Source of the DNA: Candidatus Omnitrophota bacterium
GTDB taxonomy: Bacteria; Omnitrophota; Omnitrophia; Omnitrophales; Aquincolibacteriaceae
Direction of reading: 5' to 3'
Assembly: GCA_023247055.1 (NCBI GenBank)
Contig: JAHFHF010000005.1
Location: 18,985-82,984 of the forward strand
DNA length: 64,000 nucleotides
Part shown: positions 24,572-34,217 of the stretch, one piece after another
Position numbering within the stretch: position 1 is the stretch's first letter
Layout: each line of letters starts with the position of its first letter
Made by a program: the position numbers and the translations under genes
Notes under the pieces: model-generated
What the model was told of the DNA's origin: nothing
The model's database searches: none
Seen by the model: the letters and a program-made list of their open reading frames with translations, nothing else

Positions 24572-27500
24572 ATGGATTCCCCGAAAGCCGCGGGGCTAGA
24601 CCCCGGCCAAAAGACAGCGTTTAGTGATAAAAACAAGTTGATTCAGTACATCAACTTGAAACTCGCCGCTTTGAACCAGCCCATTTGCGGCAAATCCGAT
24701 GACCTCATTGAAATTGCGCGGCCGCTTCTGCGCAATCACCAGGAAAAAAACCGCCTTCTTTACCAGCATCTTTGCCCGGTTGACCGCCGCATTCAGAATT
24801 TTTTGGATGATTATTTAAAAGACGTGCCGAACCGCGAAAAGGCCCGGCTTCCCGCCCAAACGTTTACGCTGGATTTTTACGGCCTGGCGCGCATGATTTC
24901 ACTGCCAGTGACGGCGGATGTGTTTACTTCTGACATTGTAAATTCCTACCGCTTGAAGCAGGGTGTTTTACACAACCCCAAGAACGACCGCCGTACGACG
25001 CACGGAGTTTTTCATATTACGGAAGGCGGCCTGCCCATTCCTGACGACAAAAAAGCTGTGCCGCCCGGTGTGTTTGCCGCCATGCTGAGCCATGCCTTGA
25101 GACCGTCACGCGAACTTCTGCGCCTGCCTTTTACCAGCGACCAGAAAAAACAGGCCGAACTTTTTGTCTCACTGCTTCTGCGTCCGATGGTCGTGCCGGA
25201 AGTCCGGGGCTTTACGCCGCGTAAGAGTATGGAAATCCGTTTTTTTGCGCCGGGCAATCTGGTGGGCAACCTAGATTTTGTGGAATCCATTTTTGGCAAT
25301 GCCGGTGACCCGTATCTGCCGGAGAATGATGCTGCACTCGATGTCGAACATTGGACGGGCCATACGGGCTGTGTCATTCTTGCGCCGCATCTGCTGACGC
25401 TGACTAAAAAAGAACTGGGTTTACCTCACCACGGTGAGGCTACGGAACGGCAGCGTCGCGACGGCATGTGCTGGCAGTCTCCGGACGAGCGTTATAACGA
25501 AGGTGAGGCCTTTAAGCTGACGTGCCGCGATGAGCGCGGAGTCATTGTGACGATAATTGCCGACAATTATTTCGGCTACTGCAAAAAAGAAGTCAAAACC
25601 CAGATCAGTTATGCGGCCAATCTTTATGGAATGGCCGAAGAAGAACACTCCGGTGGAGCCATTGCTTTCCCGAGTTACGTGCTCGGAGAAAGTTTTCACT
25701 TTGAGGGCAAGCTGCCGCAAAACGGGCTTAATTTCGACGATATGGTCGTGCAGTATGCCGACTTTATGGATTTAAAACCCGAGGGTTATGCCATTGATAA
25801 AAATTATCCTGATATTATTTACGTGCCCGCCGATGCGCGGCTCAGCGTCAAGCATGAGAAGGTGACTTGGGAGGCGCGCGGCCGCGAACATGCGATTAAA
25901 CTCCTGCCGTGGCAGACGTACGTTTATCCTTCCGGCTATAAAGTGCAAATGCAGAAACACACGGGCAGCGGCATCTGGCGCCTGACGGGCACGGTCTCCG
26001 AAGGCACCCTTTGTCATAAACCCTGTACAGTTTCCGGCGGCGGCAAATCCGAAATCTCCAAATCGATTGAGTATGCCATTATTCACGGGCCTGTTTTTGT
26101 CGCGGATTTTTACAAAGACATGGACGTTGTGGACCAGATTTTAGCGCACGATTTTAGCGGCCGCTTTGTGCAGAAATTTTCGGACAAGCGCCCCAGCCGT
26201 TCCATTTTGAGCGAAGAGCGTTCGCTCGGATCTGTGATCAAGCTGCTGACGCAGTCACCGGAATACACCGACACTTACAATGCCTGGCTCAATTCACTAG
26301 CGCCGCACATCCGTGAGTTTGTTTTTATTCTCAAACGCTATTACAAACCCGAATGGGGCGGCGACTGGCGCAGCCATTTTACGGTCGACATCATCAACGG
26401 CTACATGGGCCACGAATTAAAATACGATGACCGTAAGCTGGTGGCCAATTACCTGCGCGTCGGTGAAGAAAAAGACGGGGTCTGGCGCACCTTTAAATTG
26501 CGGCAGGATTTTAACGCGGCGGTTAAAATCCAGGCTGAAGATGATATTACGGCCTCGGTCGTGGTGCCGGCGCAGCACTTAAAATATTTAAACGCGGAAT
26601 ACGCGCAGCCGTTTGTCAAGATGGTGGCCAATTGCGAATACCGGCTTTTTCAGCGGCCTGATGATGCCATTCACCGCGGTTTTGATAAACAGGCGGAAAA
26701 AGACATTTGTTCCAATGACGTTTTCCTTTCAAACTGGCAGCCGCTGACGCTCGAAGAGGCGCGCGATTTGGTGGAAGATGCCACGGGCATTGACCAGTAT
26801 TCGAAGCCCATGGGGGATTTTATCCGCGGCATCGAAACAGAAAACAAACCCGTGTACTTTGTTTCCTCTGCGCATCCGCGCATCGTAGACGGCAAGCCGT
26901 CCAAGAACCCGCGCTATTTGCAGGACCGGCCTGATCTTATTAATCCGAGGCAGACTTATTTGGCCGATATCGGCGCACGGCTTTTCCGCAAAGTGCCTGC
27001 GGCGGAACCAGTTTATTTTCCTGTCAACGCCGTACTCTCAGGCCGCCGCAACAATCCGCCGGATCCGGCCCATCACCTGAGGCCGCTGGCGGTCTATAAC
27101 CCCATTCACTATCAGGAACTGCCCGAGTTGTTTATTGATTTTATTGCAAGCGTGACCGGCAAATCACCTTCGACCACCGGGGCGGGTTCAGAGGGCGCGT
27201 TGACCAAGGGGCCGTTCAATGCGCTTTTACCGGTGATTGATTTGAATAACGCCCTGGTCTCTTTTATTTTGACGGGGCATCAGGGGTTTAGTTCCGCGGC
27301 AGGCTATGTCGGCCCGAATATCCGGGTTGACCATGACATCAGCCTTTTGATTCCGGAAATCTGGTGCCGCATGAGTTTGGCCGAACGCGATCCTCAATTT
27401 CTGATCAAAAATGGTTATCTCGAGAAACTGGCTGATTTTGACCACAAAGGCAGCCGCGTCCTGGCCAGCCGTTTGGGTTACCGCATTACGATGCGGTTTG

Positions 27501-28075
27501 TATATGCTTTCTTCGGCCGCATGTTTAATTATCCCAACGCGGTTTTCAGCGAAGCGATGCTTAAACCCGAATTGCAAAGCATGGATATTTTTGCCGACGG
27601 CGTTGACAACATTGTTTCTGCGGGTAAAACCGCCGCGCAGTCTTACTTCGCCGACGGCAGCGTGGAATTGGCCATTCCGCCGCTTAAGGCCCTTTTGCAC
27701 ATCATGGTTCATGGTCATTACGAAGGCAAAGATGTTCAGCATGCCGGCATCCGGGCCCTCTTCACTCGCGAGACCCTGCTCAAATCGGCGTGGTATGAAG
27801 AGCGTTTAAGTGCCAAACAAAACGCGGACGTCCGGCTTTGGCAGCGCCAGGTCAAATACCTTGAAGATTTTCTGGTCAAGCCGAGCCACATTGAATCCAT
27901 TGCCGATCTCAGCCTCCGCCAGCGGCTGGCGTTTGCGCGCAAAGAACTTGCGCGCGTACAGGCCAAAGATTACGTGAAATGGCTGCAGGGAACCTTGGGT
28001 CTTGATCCCGGGGTTTTCAAAAAAGAAAATACAGTGGCGGGTTTAGAACCCGCCTCTACCCGAGGAATTGTTTGA
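24572..28075 (+). CDS. Pyrophosphate-dependent phosphoenolpyruvate carboxykinase (PPi-PEPCK)
   Basis: ~1,170 aa with NYFGYCKKEVKTQIS, EEEHSGGA, CHKPCTVSGGGKSEISK, TGKSPSTTGAGSEGALTKGPFN. ATG 24572 chosen over the longer ORF start. Confidence 0.85.
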   Translation: MDSPKAAGLDPGQKTAFSDKNKLIQYINLKLAALNQPICGKSDDLIEIARPLLRNHQEKNRLLYQHLCPVDRRIQNFLDDYLKDVPNREKARLPAQTFTLDFYGLARMISLPVTADVFTSDIVNSYRLKQGVLHNPKNDRRTTHGVFHITEGGLPIPDDKKAVPPGVFAAMLSHALRPSRELLRLPFTSDQKKQAELFVSLLLRPMVVPEVRGFTPRKSMEIRFFAPGNLVGNLDFVESIFGNAGDPYLPENDAALDVEHWTGHTGCVILAPHLLTLTKKELGLPHHGEATERQRRDGMCWQSPDERYNEGEAFKLTCRDERGVIVTIIADNYFGYCKKEVKTQISYAANLYGMAEEEHSGGAIAFPSYVLGESFHFEGKLPQNGLNFDDMVVQYADFMDLKPEGYAIDKNYPDIIYVPADARLSVKHEKVTWEARGREHAIKLLPWQTYVYPSGYKVQMQKHTGSGIWRLTGTVSEGTLCHKPCTVSGGGKSEISKSIEYAIIHGPVFVADFYKDMDVVDQILAHDFSGRFVQKFSDKRPSRSILSEERSLGSVIKLLTQSPEYTDTYNAWLNSLAPHIREFVFILKRYYKPEWGGDWRSHFTVDIINGYMGHELKYDDRKLVANYLRVGEEKDGVWRTFKLRQDFNAAVKIQAEDDITASVVVPAQHLKYLNAEYAQPFVKMVANCEYRLFQRPDDAIHRGFDKQAEKDICSNDVFLSNWQPLTLEEARDLVEDATGIDQYSKPMGDFIRGIETENKPVYFVSSAHPRIVDGKPSKNPRYLQDRPDLINPRQTYLADIGARLFRKVPAAEPVYFPVNAVLSGRRNNPPDPAHHLRPLAVYNPIHYQELPELFIDFIASVTGKSPSTTGAGSEGALTKGPFNALLPVIDLNNALVSFILTGHQGFSSAAGYVGPNIRVDHDISLLIPEIWCRMSLAERDPQFLIKNGYLEKLADFDHKGSRVLASRLGYRITMRFVYAFFGRMFNYPNAVFSEAMLKPELQSMDIFADGVDNIVSAGKTAAQSYFADGSVELAIPPLKALLHIMVHGHYEGKDVQHAGIRALFTRETLLKSAWYEERLSAKQNADVRLWQRQVKYLEDFLVKPSHIESIADLSLRQRLAFARKELARVQAKDYVKWLQGTLGLDPGVFKKENTVAGLEPASTRGIV

Positions 28076-28109
28076 TTTTTCGTAGTGGCAATTCATGAAT
28101 TGCCACTAC
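28034..28109. repeat. Pair of GTAG-type REP palindromes
   Basis: GGCGGGTTTAGAACCCGCC(TCTAC) within 28034-28059 and the perfect palindrome GTAGTGGCAATTCATGAATTGCCACTAC at 28082-28109. Confidence 0.8.
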
Positions 28110-28129
28110 AAATAGAAACAGGAGGTTTT

Positions 28130-28963
28130 ATGGAAGAAAAAGTCACGGCGCTTCAGCAATTCATCAATACCGTCATTACGTTCTGCGTGAATTACAGTTT
28201 TCAGGCTTTGGGCGCGCTCATCATCTTGTTTGTGGGGTTTCTGGTTTCGAACTGGACGGGCCGGGTTTTCTTCGCCTTTTTGACTAAGAAAAATCTGGAT
28301 ATAACGCTGGCAAAGTTTTTGGCCACCCTTGTCCGTATGCTCGTTCTAGGGTTCGCTGTCTTGATTGCGCTGGGTAATTTTGGCGTGACCATTGCCCCGT
28401 TTGTTGCGGCCTTGGGGGCCCTGACTTTCGGCGCAAGTTTTGCCATTCAAGGCCCGCTTTCAAACTATGGAGCCGGCCTGAGCATTATCCTGTCGCGGCC
28501 GTTTGTGGTGGGCAATACGATTACGGTCCAGGAAGTCAGCGGCGTGGTTGAAAATGTCAGCCTGGCTTGCACGATTCTGCGAAATGAGGACGGCGTCAAA
28601 ATCACGATTCCCAACAAGGATATCGTAGGCCAGATCCTTTATAACTCCCAGGCCGTGCGGATTATCGAAAGCGAGGTCGGCATTAGTTACAACGATGATC
28701 CCGAGAAAGCGATTAATGTGGTGCGCGACACACTGAAGAAATTCGATGCGATTGTGCAAGAACCCGCTCCGATGGTCGGCGTGCAGGCTTTTGCGGATTC
28801 CTCAATTACCCTCGGTTACCGCTACTGGGTGCCGACCGTGAAGTATTTCCAGACCCTTTATGCGGTCAATTTGGCGATTTACAAGGCCTTCAATGAAACG
28901 GGCATCACGATGCCGTTTCCGCAGATGGAAGTGCGGCTGCTGAACCAAACCGCGAAAGTCTAA
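28130..28963 (+). CDS. mscS: Small-conductance mechanosensitive channel
   Basis: Three TM helices, FAIQGPLSNYGAG, RPFVVG, IPN, ITMPFPQ; GGAGG RBS before ATG 28130. Confidence 0.9.
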   Translation: MEEKVTALQQFINTVITFCVNYSFQALGALIILFVGFLVSNWTGRVFFAFLTKKNLDITLAKFLATLVRMLVLGFAVLIALGNFGVTIAPFVAALGALTFGASFAIQGPLSNYGAGLSIILSRPFVVGNTITVQEVSGVVENVSLACTILRNEDGVKITIPNKDIVGQILYNSQAVRIIESEVGISYNDDPEKAINVVRDTLKKFDAIVQEPAPMVGVQAFADSSITLGYRYWVPTVKYFQTLYAVNLAIYKAFNETGITMPFPQMEVRLLNQTAKV

Positions 28964-29017
28964 AAATCAAAAAGCAGCGGTCTCATAAGTTTTTTCGTAA
29001 ACCCCAACGATAGACTC

Positions 29018-29058
29018 GTCATTGCGAAGCAGCGTTTCACGGAAGCTGAAGCAATCTC
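29018..29058. repeat. GTCATTGCG...GAAGCAATCTC palindromic element (half copy)
   Basis: Same family as the copies at 44193, 47591, 47693 and 52056. Confidence 0.7.
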
Positions 29059-29064
29059 GCTGTT

Positions 29065-29766
29065 TCACTCTCCCAAATACAACTGCTTCACCACCGGATT
29101 ACTCAGCAGTTCCTTGCCCGCCCCTTCCAGCTTAATCTTTCCGGTTTCAATCACGTAAGCGTACGACGCAATTTCCAGGGCTTTCCAGGCATTTTGTTCC
29201 ACGAGCAGGACGGTGATGCCGCGCTGATTGATGCGGCGGATCAATTGAAAGACCGTGTCAATCATTTTGGGCGCCAGACCCAGGCTGGGTTCATCGAGCA
29301 GCAAAAGGCGCGGACGCGCCATCAGCGCGCGGGCCATGGCCAGCATCTGCTGCTCGCCGCCCGACATATTGCCGGCCAGCTGCTGTAAGCGGTCTTTCAA
29401 AATGGGAAAAAGTTCCAGGAGTTCGGCGCGGTCTTTGCCCACATCGCTGTCGCTGCGCAGATACGCGCCAAGATCGAGATTTTCCTGCACCGTTAAGTGT
29501 GAAAAAATCCGCCGGCCTTCCGGCACCTGCACAATCCCAAGTTTAACGCGTTCATCCGGTGCCAGTTTTTCGACCGTGCGCCCCTCAAACGCAATGCGGC
29601 CCTTGCGCACGGGCACAAGGCCCGAGAGCGTCATGAGCGAGGTTGTCTTGCCCGCGCCGTTGGCCCCAATGAGCGTCACGATCTGCCCGGCCGGCACTTT
29701 GAGCGAAAGGCCTTTTAAGATTTCAATCCGGCCATGCCCGGCGTAAAGATCGCTGACTTCAAGCAT
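29065..29766 (-). CDS. livF: Branched-chain amino acid ABC transporter ATPase
   Basis: GANGAGKTT, VPEGRRIF, MSGGEQQMLA, LLDEPSLGLAP. Confidence 0.93.
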   Translation of the reverse strand: MLEVSDLYAGHGRIEILKGLSLKVPAGQIVTLIGANGAGKTTSLMTLSGLVPVRKGRIAFEGRTVEKLAPDERVKLGIVQVPEGRRIFSHLTVQENLDLGAYLRSDSDVGKDRAELLELFPILKDRLQQLAGNMSGGEQQMLAMARALMARPRLLLLDEPSLGLAPKMIDTVFQLIRRINQRGITVLLVEQNAWKALEIASYAYVIETGKIKLEGAGKELLSNPVVKQLYLGE

Positions 29767-30560
29767 CAGGAATGCCCTCCGCGGCCGAGATAAGCCTCAA
29801 TCACCCGGCTGTTGCTTTGGATTTCGCGCGGCGTGCCCTCGGCAATTTTTTTGCCGTAGTCGAGCACAATCACTTTGTCGGAAACCGGCATGACCACTTT
29901 CATGTCATGCTCGATCAGGATCACGGTTACCCCGTTGGCACGGATGGCGCGGATGGTTTCCAGAAGTTCGTCTTTTTCGCGGGGGTTCATGCCCGCGGCG
30001 GGTTCATCGAGCAAAAGCAGTTTAGGGTCAGACGCCAGCGCGCGTGCCATTTCGAGTCTGCGCTGATAGCCGTAAGAAAGATTACGTGCCAGTTCGTCGG
30101 CTTTTGCGGCCAGGCCAAAAAAAGACAGCAGGCGCAGAGCATGCGCGCGAATCTTTTTTTCGGTGACTAAAAAACGCCGGGAAGGAATCAAGGTGTCCAA
30201 AAGACTTAAATTCGTACGTACATGCGCGCCGACAATGACATTTTCAAGCGCCGTCATATGCTTGAAAAGCCGGATGGTCTGGAAGGTGCGGGCCACTCCC
30301 TTAGCCGTGATGGTGAAAGGGTAGAGCCGGTTGAGCAAGATTTGTTCGTCAAAGTAAATGGAGCCTTCGTCGGGCGCATAGAGGCCGGTAATGCAATTAA
30401 AGAGCGTGGTTTTGCCCGCGCCGTTGGGGCCGATGATGCTGACGATTTTTCCACGCAGTACGGCGAAATCAATTTTTTCAAGCGCTGTCACGCCGCCGAA
30501 GCGTTTACCCAGGCCTTCCACATTCAGAATGGTCAGATCGCTCAGGGTCACAGCGTTCAT
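29766..30560 (-). CDS. livG: Branched-chain amino acid ABC transporter ATPase
   Basis: GPNGAGKTT, ARTFQ, LSYGYQRRLE, DEPAAGMN, VIEAYLG. Confidence 0.93.
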   Translation of the reverse strand: MNAVTLSDLTILNVEGLGKRFGGVTALEKIDFAVLRGKIVSIIGPNGAGKTTLFNCITGLYAPDEGSIYFDEQILLNRLYPFTITAKGVARTFQTIRLFKHMTALENVIVGAHVRTNLSLLDTLIPSRRFLVTEKKIRAHALRLLSFFGLAAKADELARNLSYGYQRRLEMARALASDPKLLLLDEPAAGMNPREKDELLETIRAIRANGVTVILIEHDMKVVMPVSDKVIVLDYGKKIAEGTPREIQSNSRVIEAYLGRGGHS

Positions 30561-31546
30561 GCTTTTTCCCCGCGTGCGGCGCCGGCATATTCTTCGCGGT
30601 GCCGCTTTTCGCCCAAGATACCCTGGGGCCGGAGCAGCATCATGGCAATCATGGCCGCACCGAAAAGCAGCATGCGATAGGCGTCAAAACCGCGCAAAAA
30701 TTCAGGGAGCAGACTGAGTGCTAAAGCGCCCAGAATGACTCCGCTGATATTGCCCAGCCCGCCCAGCACCACCATGGCCAGCACCATGACGGAGATGACA
30801 AAATCAAAACTGTCGGGGGAGACCGTACCTTGTTTTGCGGCAAAAATGCAGCCCGCAATGCCCGCAATAAAACTGCCTAGGCCAAAAGCTGAAAGTTTTG
30901 CGCTCATCAAATTGATGCCCATGCAGGAAGCCGCCAGTTCATCCTCGCGCATCGCGACCCAGGCGCGGCCCAGAGGTGAGGCTTCCACGCGTCTCAGCAA
31001 AAAGATCAGCACCAGAATCAGCGACAGCACCAGAAAATAATAAGGGCCGGATTTGACGCCGAACTCGGTGCCTGCAAAAAAAAGGTCCGGATGATCGATG
31101 CCCAAAAGACCGTTGGGGCCTCCTGTAATTTCATCCAGATTATTCAGCGCAATCCGTACGATTTCGCCGGCGCCCAAGGTGACAATGGCGAGATAGTCGC
31201 CCCCCAGGCGCAGTGCCGGAATGGCGAACAGCATACCGAAACCGGTGGCCGCAAGGGCGCTCAATACCAGGCCAGGCCAGAAAGGGACGTGCCAGTGAAT
31301 ATTCAGCAGGGCATAGGTATACGCTCCGACGGCAAACGGAGCGGCATAGCCCAGATGCAGGATGCCGGCAAAGCCGACGATGACATTCAGCCCAAGCGCC
31401 AGGATGATAAAGAGCCCGGCCGTGACCATGACGTCGATGTGATAAGCGTTGCGATTGATGAGTGGAAAAAGAAAGGCCGCCAGGATGAGAACCGCCGGCA
31501 GCGCGTATTTTTTCCATTCAAATAAAAATGTATTTTTTTTTGGCAT
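30557..31546 (-). CDS. livM: Branched-chain amino acid ABC transporter permease
   Basis: GLNVIVGFAG, GDYLAIVTLG.GEI, TGGPNG, GRAWVAMREDE. Confidence 0.92.
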   Translation of the reverse strand: MPKKNTFLFEWKKYALPAVLILAAFLFPLINRNAYHIDVMVTAGLFIILALGLNVIVGFAGILHLGYAAPFAVGAYTYALLNIHWHVPFWPGLVLSALAATGFGMLFAIPALRLGGDYLAIVTLGAGEIVRIALNNLDEITGGPNGLLGIDHPDLFFAGTEFGVKSGPYYFLVLSLILVLIFLLRRVEASPLGRAWVAMREDELAASCMGINLMSAKLSAFGLGSFIAGIAGCIFAAKQGTVSPDSFDFVISVMVLAMVVLGGLGNISGVILGALALSLLPEFLRGFDAYRMLLFGAAMIAMMLLRPQGILGEKRHREEYAGAARGEKA

Positions 31547-31559
31547 AGATTTTTACGCG

Positions 31560-31628
31560 GGCGGGTTTAGAACCCGCCACTGCAGATTTTGTAAACATTT
31601 GTAGTGTACAGGCATGCCTGTACACTAC
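31560..31628. repeat. Pair of GTAG-type REP palindromes between livH and livM
   Basis: GGCGGGTTTAGAACCCGCC (identical core to the 28034 copy) and the perfect palindrome GTAGTGTACAGGCATGCCTGTACACTAC at 31601-31628. Confidence 0.8.
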
Positions 31629-31659
31629 AAATCGGCAGGGGACGATCCGCCCGCCCCCC

Positions 31660-32568
31660 CTACACTTTCTTTACGACGCGCGCGCCCAACAGGCCCGAAG
31701 GCCGGAAGAGCAGGATCAGGATCAAAATAAAAAAAGCAAAAACGTTTTTCCATTCGGAAGAAAGATAACCCGCGCCCAGACCTTCGAGAACACCGATTAA
31801 CAGCCCGCCGATCATGGCGCCCGGAATATTGCCGATGCCGCCCAGCACCGCGGCCGTGAAGGCTTTGAGGCCCGCAAGATAGCCGTCATGAAAGTTGATG
31901 GTGTTGTAATACATGCCGAACATGACGCCGCCCGCGCCGGCCAAGGCAGAACCAATCAAAAAGGTCACGGAAATAATCCGGTTCGTATTAACGCCAACCA
32001 GGTTTGCGGCATCGCGGTCATCGGCCAGGGCGCGCATGGCCTTGCCCGTGCGGCTATGGCGGATAAAAACATGCAGCGAAATCATCAGCAGCACAGAACT
32101 TGCGGCAATCAGGATCTGCAGATTCGTGAAAGTTACACTGCCGGCCGTGTAAGTGACGGATTCAATCAGTGAAGGAAAACTTTTATCCGAAGGCCCGAAA
32201 ACCAGCATGATGATGTTCTGCAGGAGAAATGAAACACCGATGGCCGTAATCAGCGGTGCCAAGCGCGGTGCATGGCGCAGGGGCCGGTAAGCAAACCGTT
32301 CGATCACCACGCCCAGCAGGGCGCTCAGGGTCATGGCAAATAAAAAAACCAGGAAAACGCCGAGCGTGGCGGAGCCGGGACTGCTTAAAAGAGGAGTCAG
32401 AATGGAATAGGCAAAAAGGCCGAAGTAAGCGCCCACCATAAACACTTCGCCGTGCGCAAAGTTGATCAGTTGGGCAATGCCGTAAACCATCGTATAGCCT
32501 AGTGCGATCAGCGCATAAATCATACCGATCGTCAGGCCATTGACGAGTTGCTGGAGGAAGACGTCCAT
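31660..32568 (-). CDS. livH: Branched-chain amino acid ABC transporter permease
   Basis: QQLVNGL..GMIYALIALGYTMVYG..INFAHGE, KAFTAAVLGGIG. Confidence 0.93.
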   Translation of the reverse strand: MDVFLQQLVNGLTIGMIYALIALGYTMVYGIAQLINFAHGEVFMVGAYFGLFAYSILTPLLSSPGSATLGVFLVFLFAMTLSALLGVVIERFAYRPLRHAPRLAPLITAIGVSFLLQNIIMLVFGPSDKSFPSLIESVTYTAGSVTFTNLQILIAASSVLLMISLHVFIRHSRTGKAMRALADDRDAANLVGVNTNRIISVTFLIGSALAGAGGVMFGMYYNTINFHDGYLAGLKAFTAAVLGGIGNIPGAMIGGLLIGVLEGLGAGYLSSEWKNVFAFFILILILLFRPSGLLGARVVKKV

Positions 32569-32722
32569 GGGTTAAGTCGTGAGTAATGAGTGATGAGTCA
32601 TGTGAAAAAAGGAAAAAGAGGGAAGGGGAAGAGCGAAAGGAAAGAATAATGGCATTGCAAATAATGATTTTGAGATAAGGTGATTTTGTTTCTCTTCACC
32701 TTTTTACTTTTTCCTTTCGCAA

Positions 32723-33874
32723 TTATTCCGCCGGTCCGATATAAACCAGTTTGCCGTTTTGGACTTGGAAAACGCCGATAAATTGTTTTTCATTGTCGCC
32801 AATGGCATTGAATTTGACTTCGCCGGTAATACCGGTAAAGGAGGGGATTTCGCGCATCGCTTTTAAAATCGCTTCACGGTTCTTGACGCCGGCTTTACGG
32901 ATGGCAGCGATTAAAATATTCGTGGCATCGTAGCTGTAGGCGGACCACTGTCCGAGCTCACCGTAGCGGGCGCGGAACGCGGCGATAAAATCTTTAGCGG
33001 CCGGAATTTTTTCAACATCGCCGCCGACCATGGTGGCATAGGTGCCTTCGGCAATAGGCGCGCTGGCAAGTTCAACCAAAATCAGCGTGGCAATACCGTC
33101 GCCGCCTATAAACGGGATCGGGATGCCCAGCCCCCGCGCCTGGCGCAGCAGCAGGGCGCCCTCAGGATAAATTCCGCCAAAATAAATGAATTCAGGCGCA
33201 AGCGGTTTAATGCGGGTCAGAAGCGGCGTGAAATCCTTGTCGCCCTGGGTTATGCTCTCATGGCCGAGAACGGTCATGCCAAGTTTTAAGGCTTCTTTTT
33301 TGAATTCATCCGCCAAACCTTTACCGTAGGTCGTTTTGTCATCAATGATAAAAACTTTTTTGAGTCCCAGTTGATGGGCCGCGAATTTTGCACCGCTCGG
33401 CCCTTGAACGTCGTCAGTTGCAGAAACCCGGAAAAAGGTATCAAAGCCTTGTTTGGAAAGTTCAGGGTTGGTCGAGCCTGCCGTCAATTCGGTGAGACGG
33501 GCCTCGTAATAAATGGCGGAAGCGGGCTTGGTGCAGCTGGAATTGAAATGCCCCATGACGGCCATGACGTCGCTGTCGGAAACAAATTTCTTGGCAACGT
33601 TCACGGCTTGGGCCGGATTGCGCTGGTCATCCAACAGGAGCGCCTCGAGTTTATAACCAGGAATAATTTCGCCCTGCTGATTAGTTTCTGCAACGGCAAG
33701 TTCAAGGCCGCGGCACAGGTCCAGGCCCAACTGGGCCTGGTCGCCGGTCAAAGGCGCCGCACAGCCGATTTTGATGACGGGGGCGGAACTTTCTCCGGAA
33801 CAGCCGGCGAGCGCTGAGAGTAAAAATGCGGTGGCAAGGTGTCTTATCTTAATTTTAGAATGAAAAAAACGCAT
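32723..33874 (-). CDS. livK: Branched-chain amino acid ABC transporter substrate-binding lipoprotein
   Basis: Lipobox LAGC, PLTG, GHFNSS, DDKTTYGKGLA, YSYDA. Confidence 0.88.
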   Translation of the reverse strand: MRFFHSKIKIRHLATAFLLSALAGCSGESSAPVIKIGCAAPLTGDQAQLGLDLCRGLELAVAETNQQGEIIPGYKLEALLLDDQRNPAQAVNVAKKFVSDSDVMAVMGHFNSSCTKPASAIYYEARLTELTAGSTNPELSKQGFDTFFRVSATDDVQGPSGAKFAAHQLGLKKVFIIDDKTTYGKGLADEFKKEALKLGMTVLGHESITQGDKDFTPLLTRIKPLAPEFIYFGGIYPEGALLLRQARGLGIPIPFIGGDGIATLILVELASAPIAEGTYATMVGGDVEKIPAAKDFIAAFRARYGELGQWSAYSYDATNILIAAIRKAGVKNREAILKAMREIPSFTGITGEVKFNAIGDNEKQFIGVFQVQNGKLVYIGPAE

Positions 33875-33939
33875 GAATTATCAGTATAAAGAAATTAAGC
33901 TGCTTTGGCAACGGGACTTGCTTCTTGGAGTATAAAAAA

Positions 33940-34158
33940 GCAGAATAGAGCCGATATTGAAACATCCACGACACAGCCCATCAGGCTGTGCGTGGACAGT
34001 CTCTGCGATAGACGCAGAGGCAGAATAGAGCCGATATTGAAACATCCACGACACAGCCCATCAGGCTGTGCATGGACAGTCTCTGCGATAGACGCAGAGG
34101 CAGAATAGAGCCGATATTGAAACATCCACGACACAGCCCATCAGGCTGTGCGTGGACA
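33940..34158 (+). repeat. Tandem array of an 80-bp double-hairpin unit (~2.7 copies)
   Basis: Units start at 33941, 34021 and 34101, with one substitution in copy 2. Stems TCCACG-a-CACAGCC/GGCTGTG-CGTGGA and CTCTGCG/CGCAGAG. Confidence 0.92.
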
Positions 34159-34217
34159 AGTCTCTACACTTTGTTTTTTACGGTTGTTATCTCCAAAACG
34201 GATTCAAAGGAGTTTGT

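Noticed and set aside
33940-34158. CRISPR array
   Set aside because: Whole units repeat with no unique spacers, and there are no cas genes in the window.
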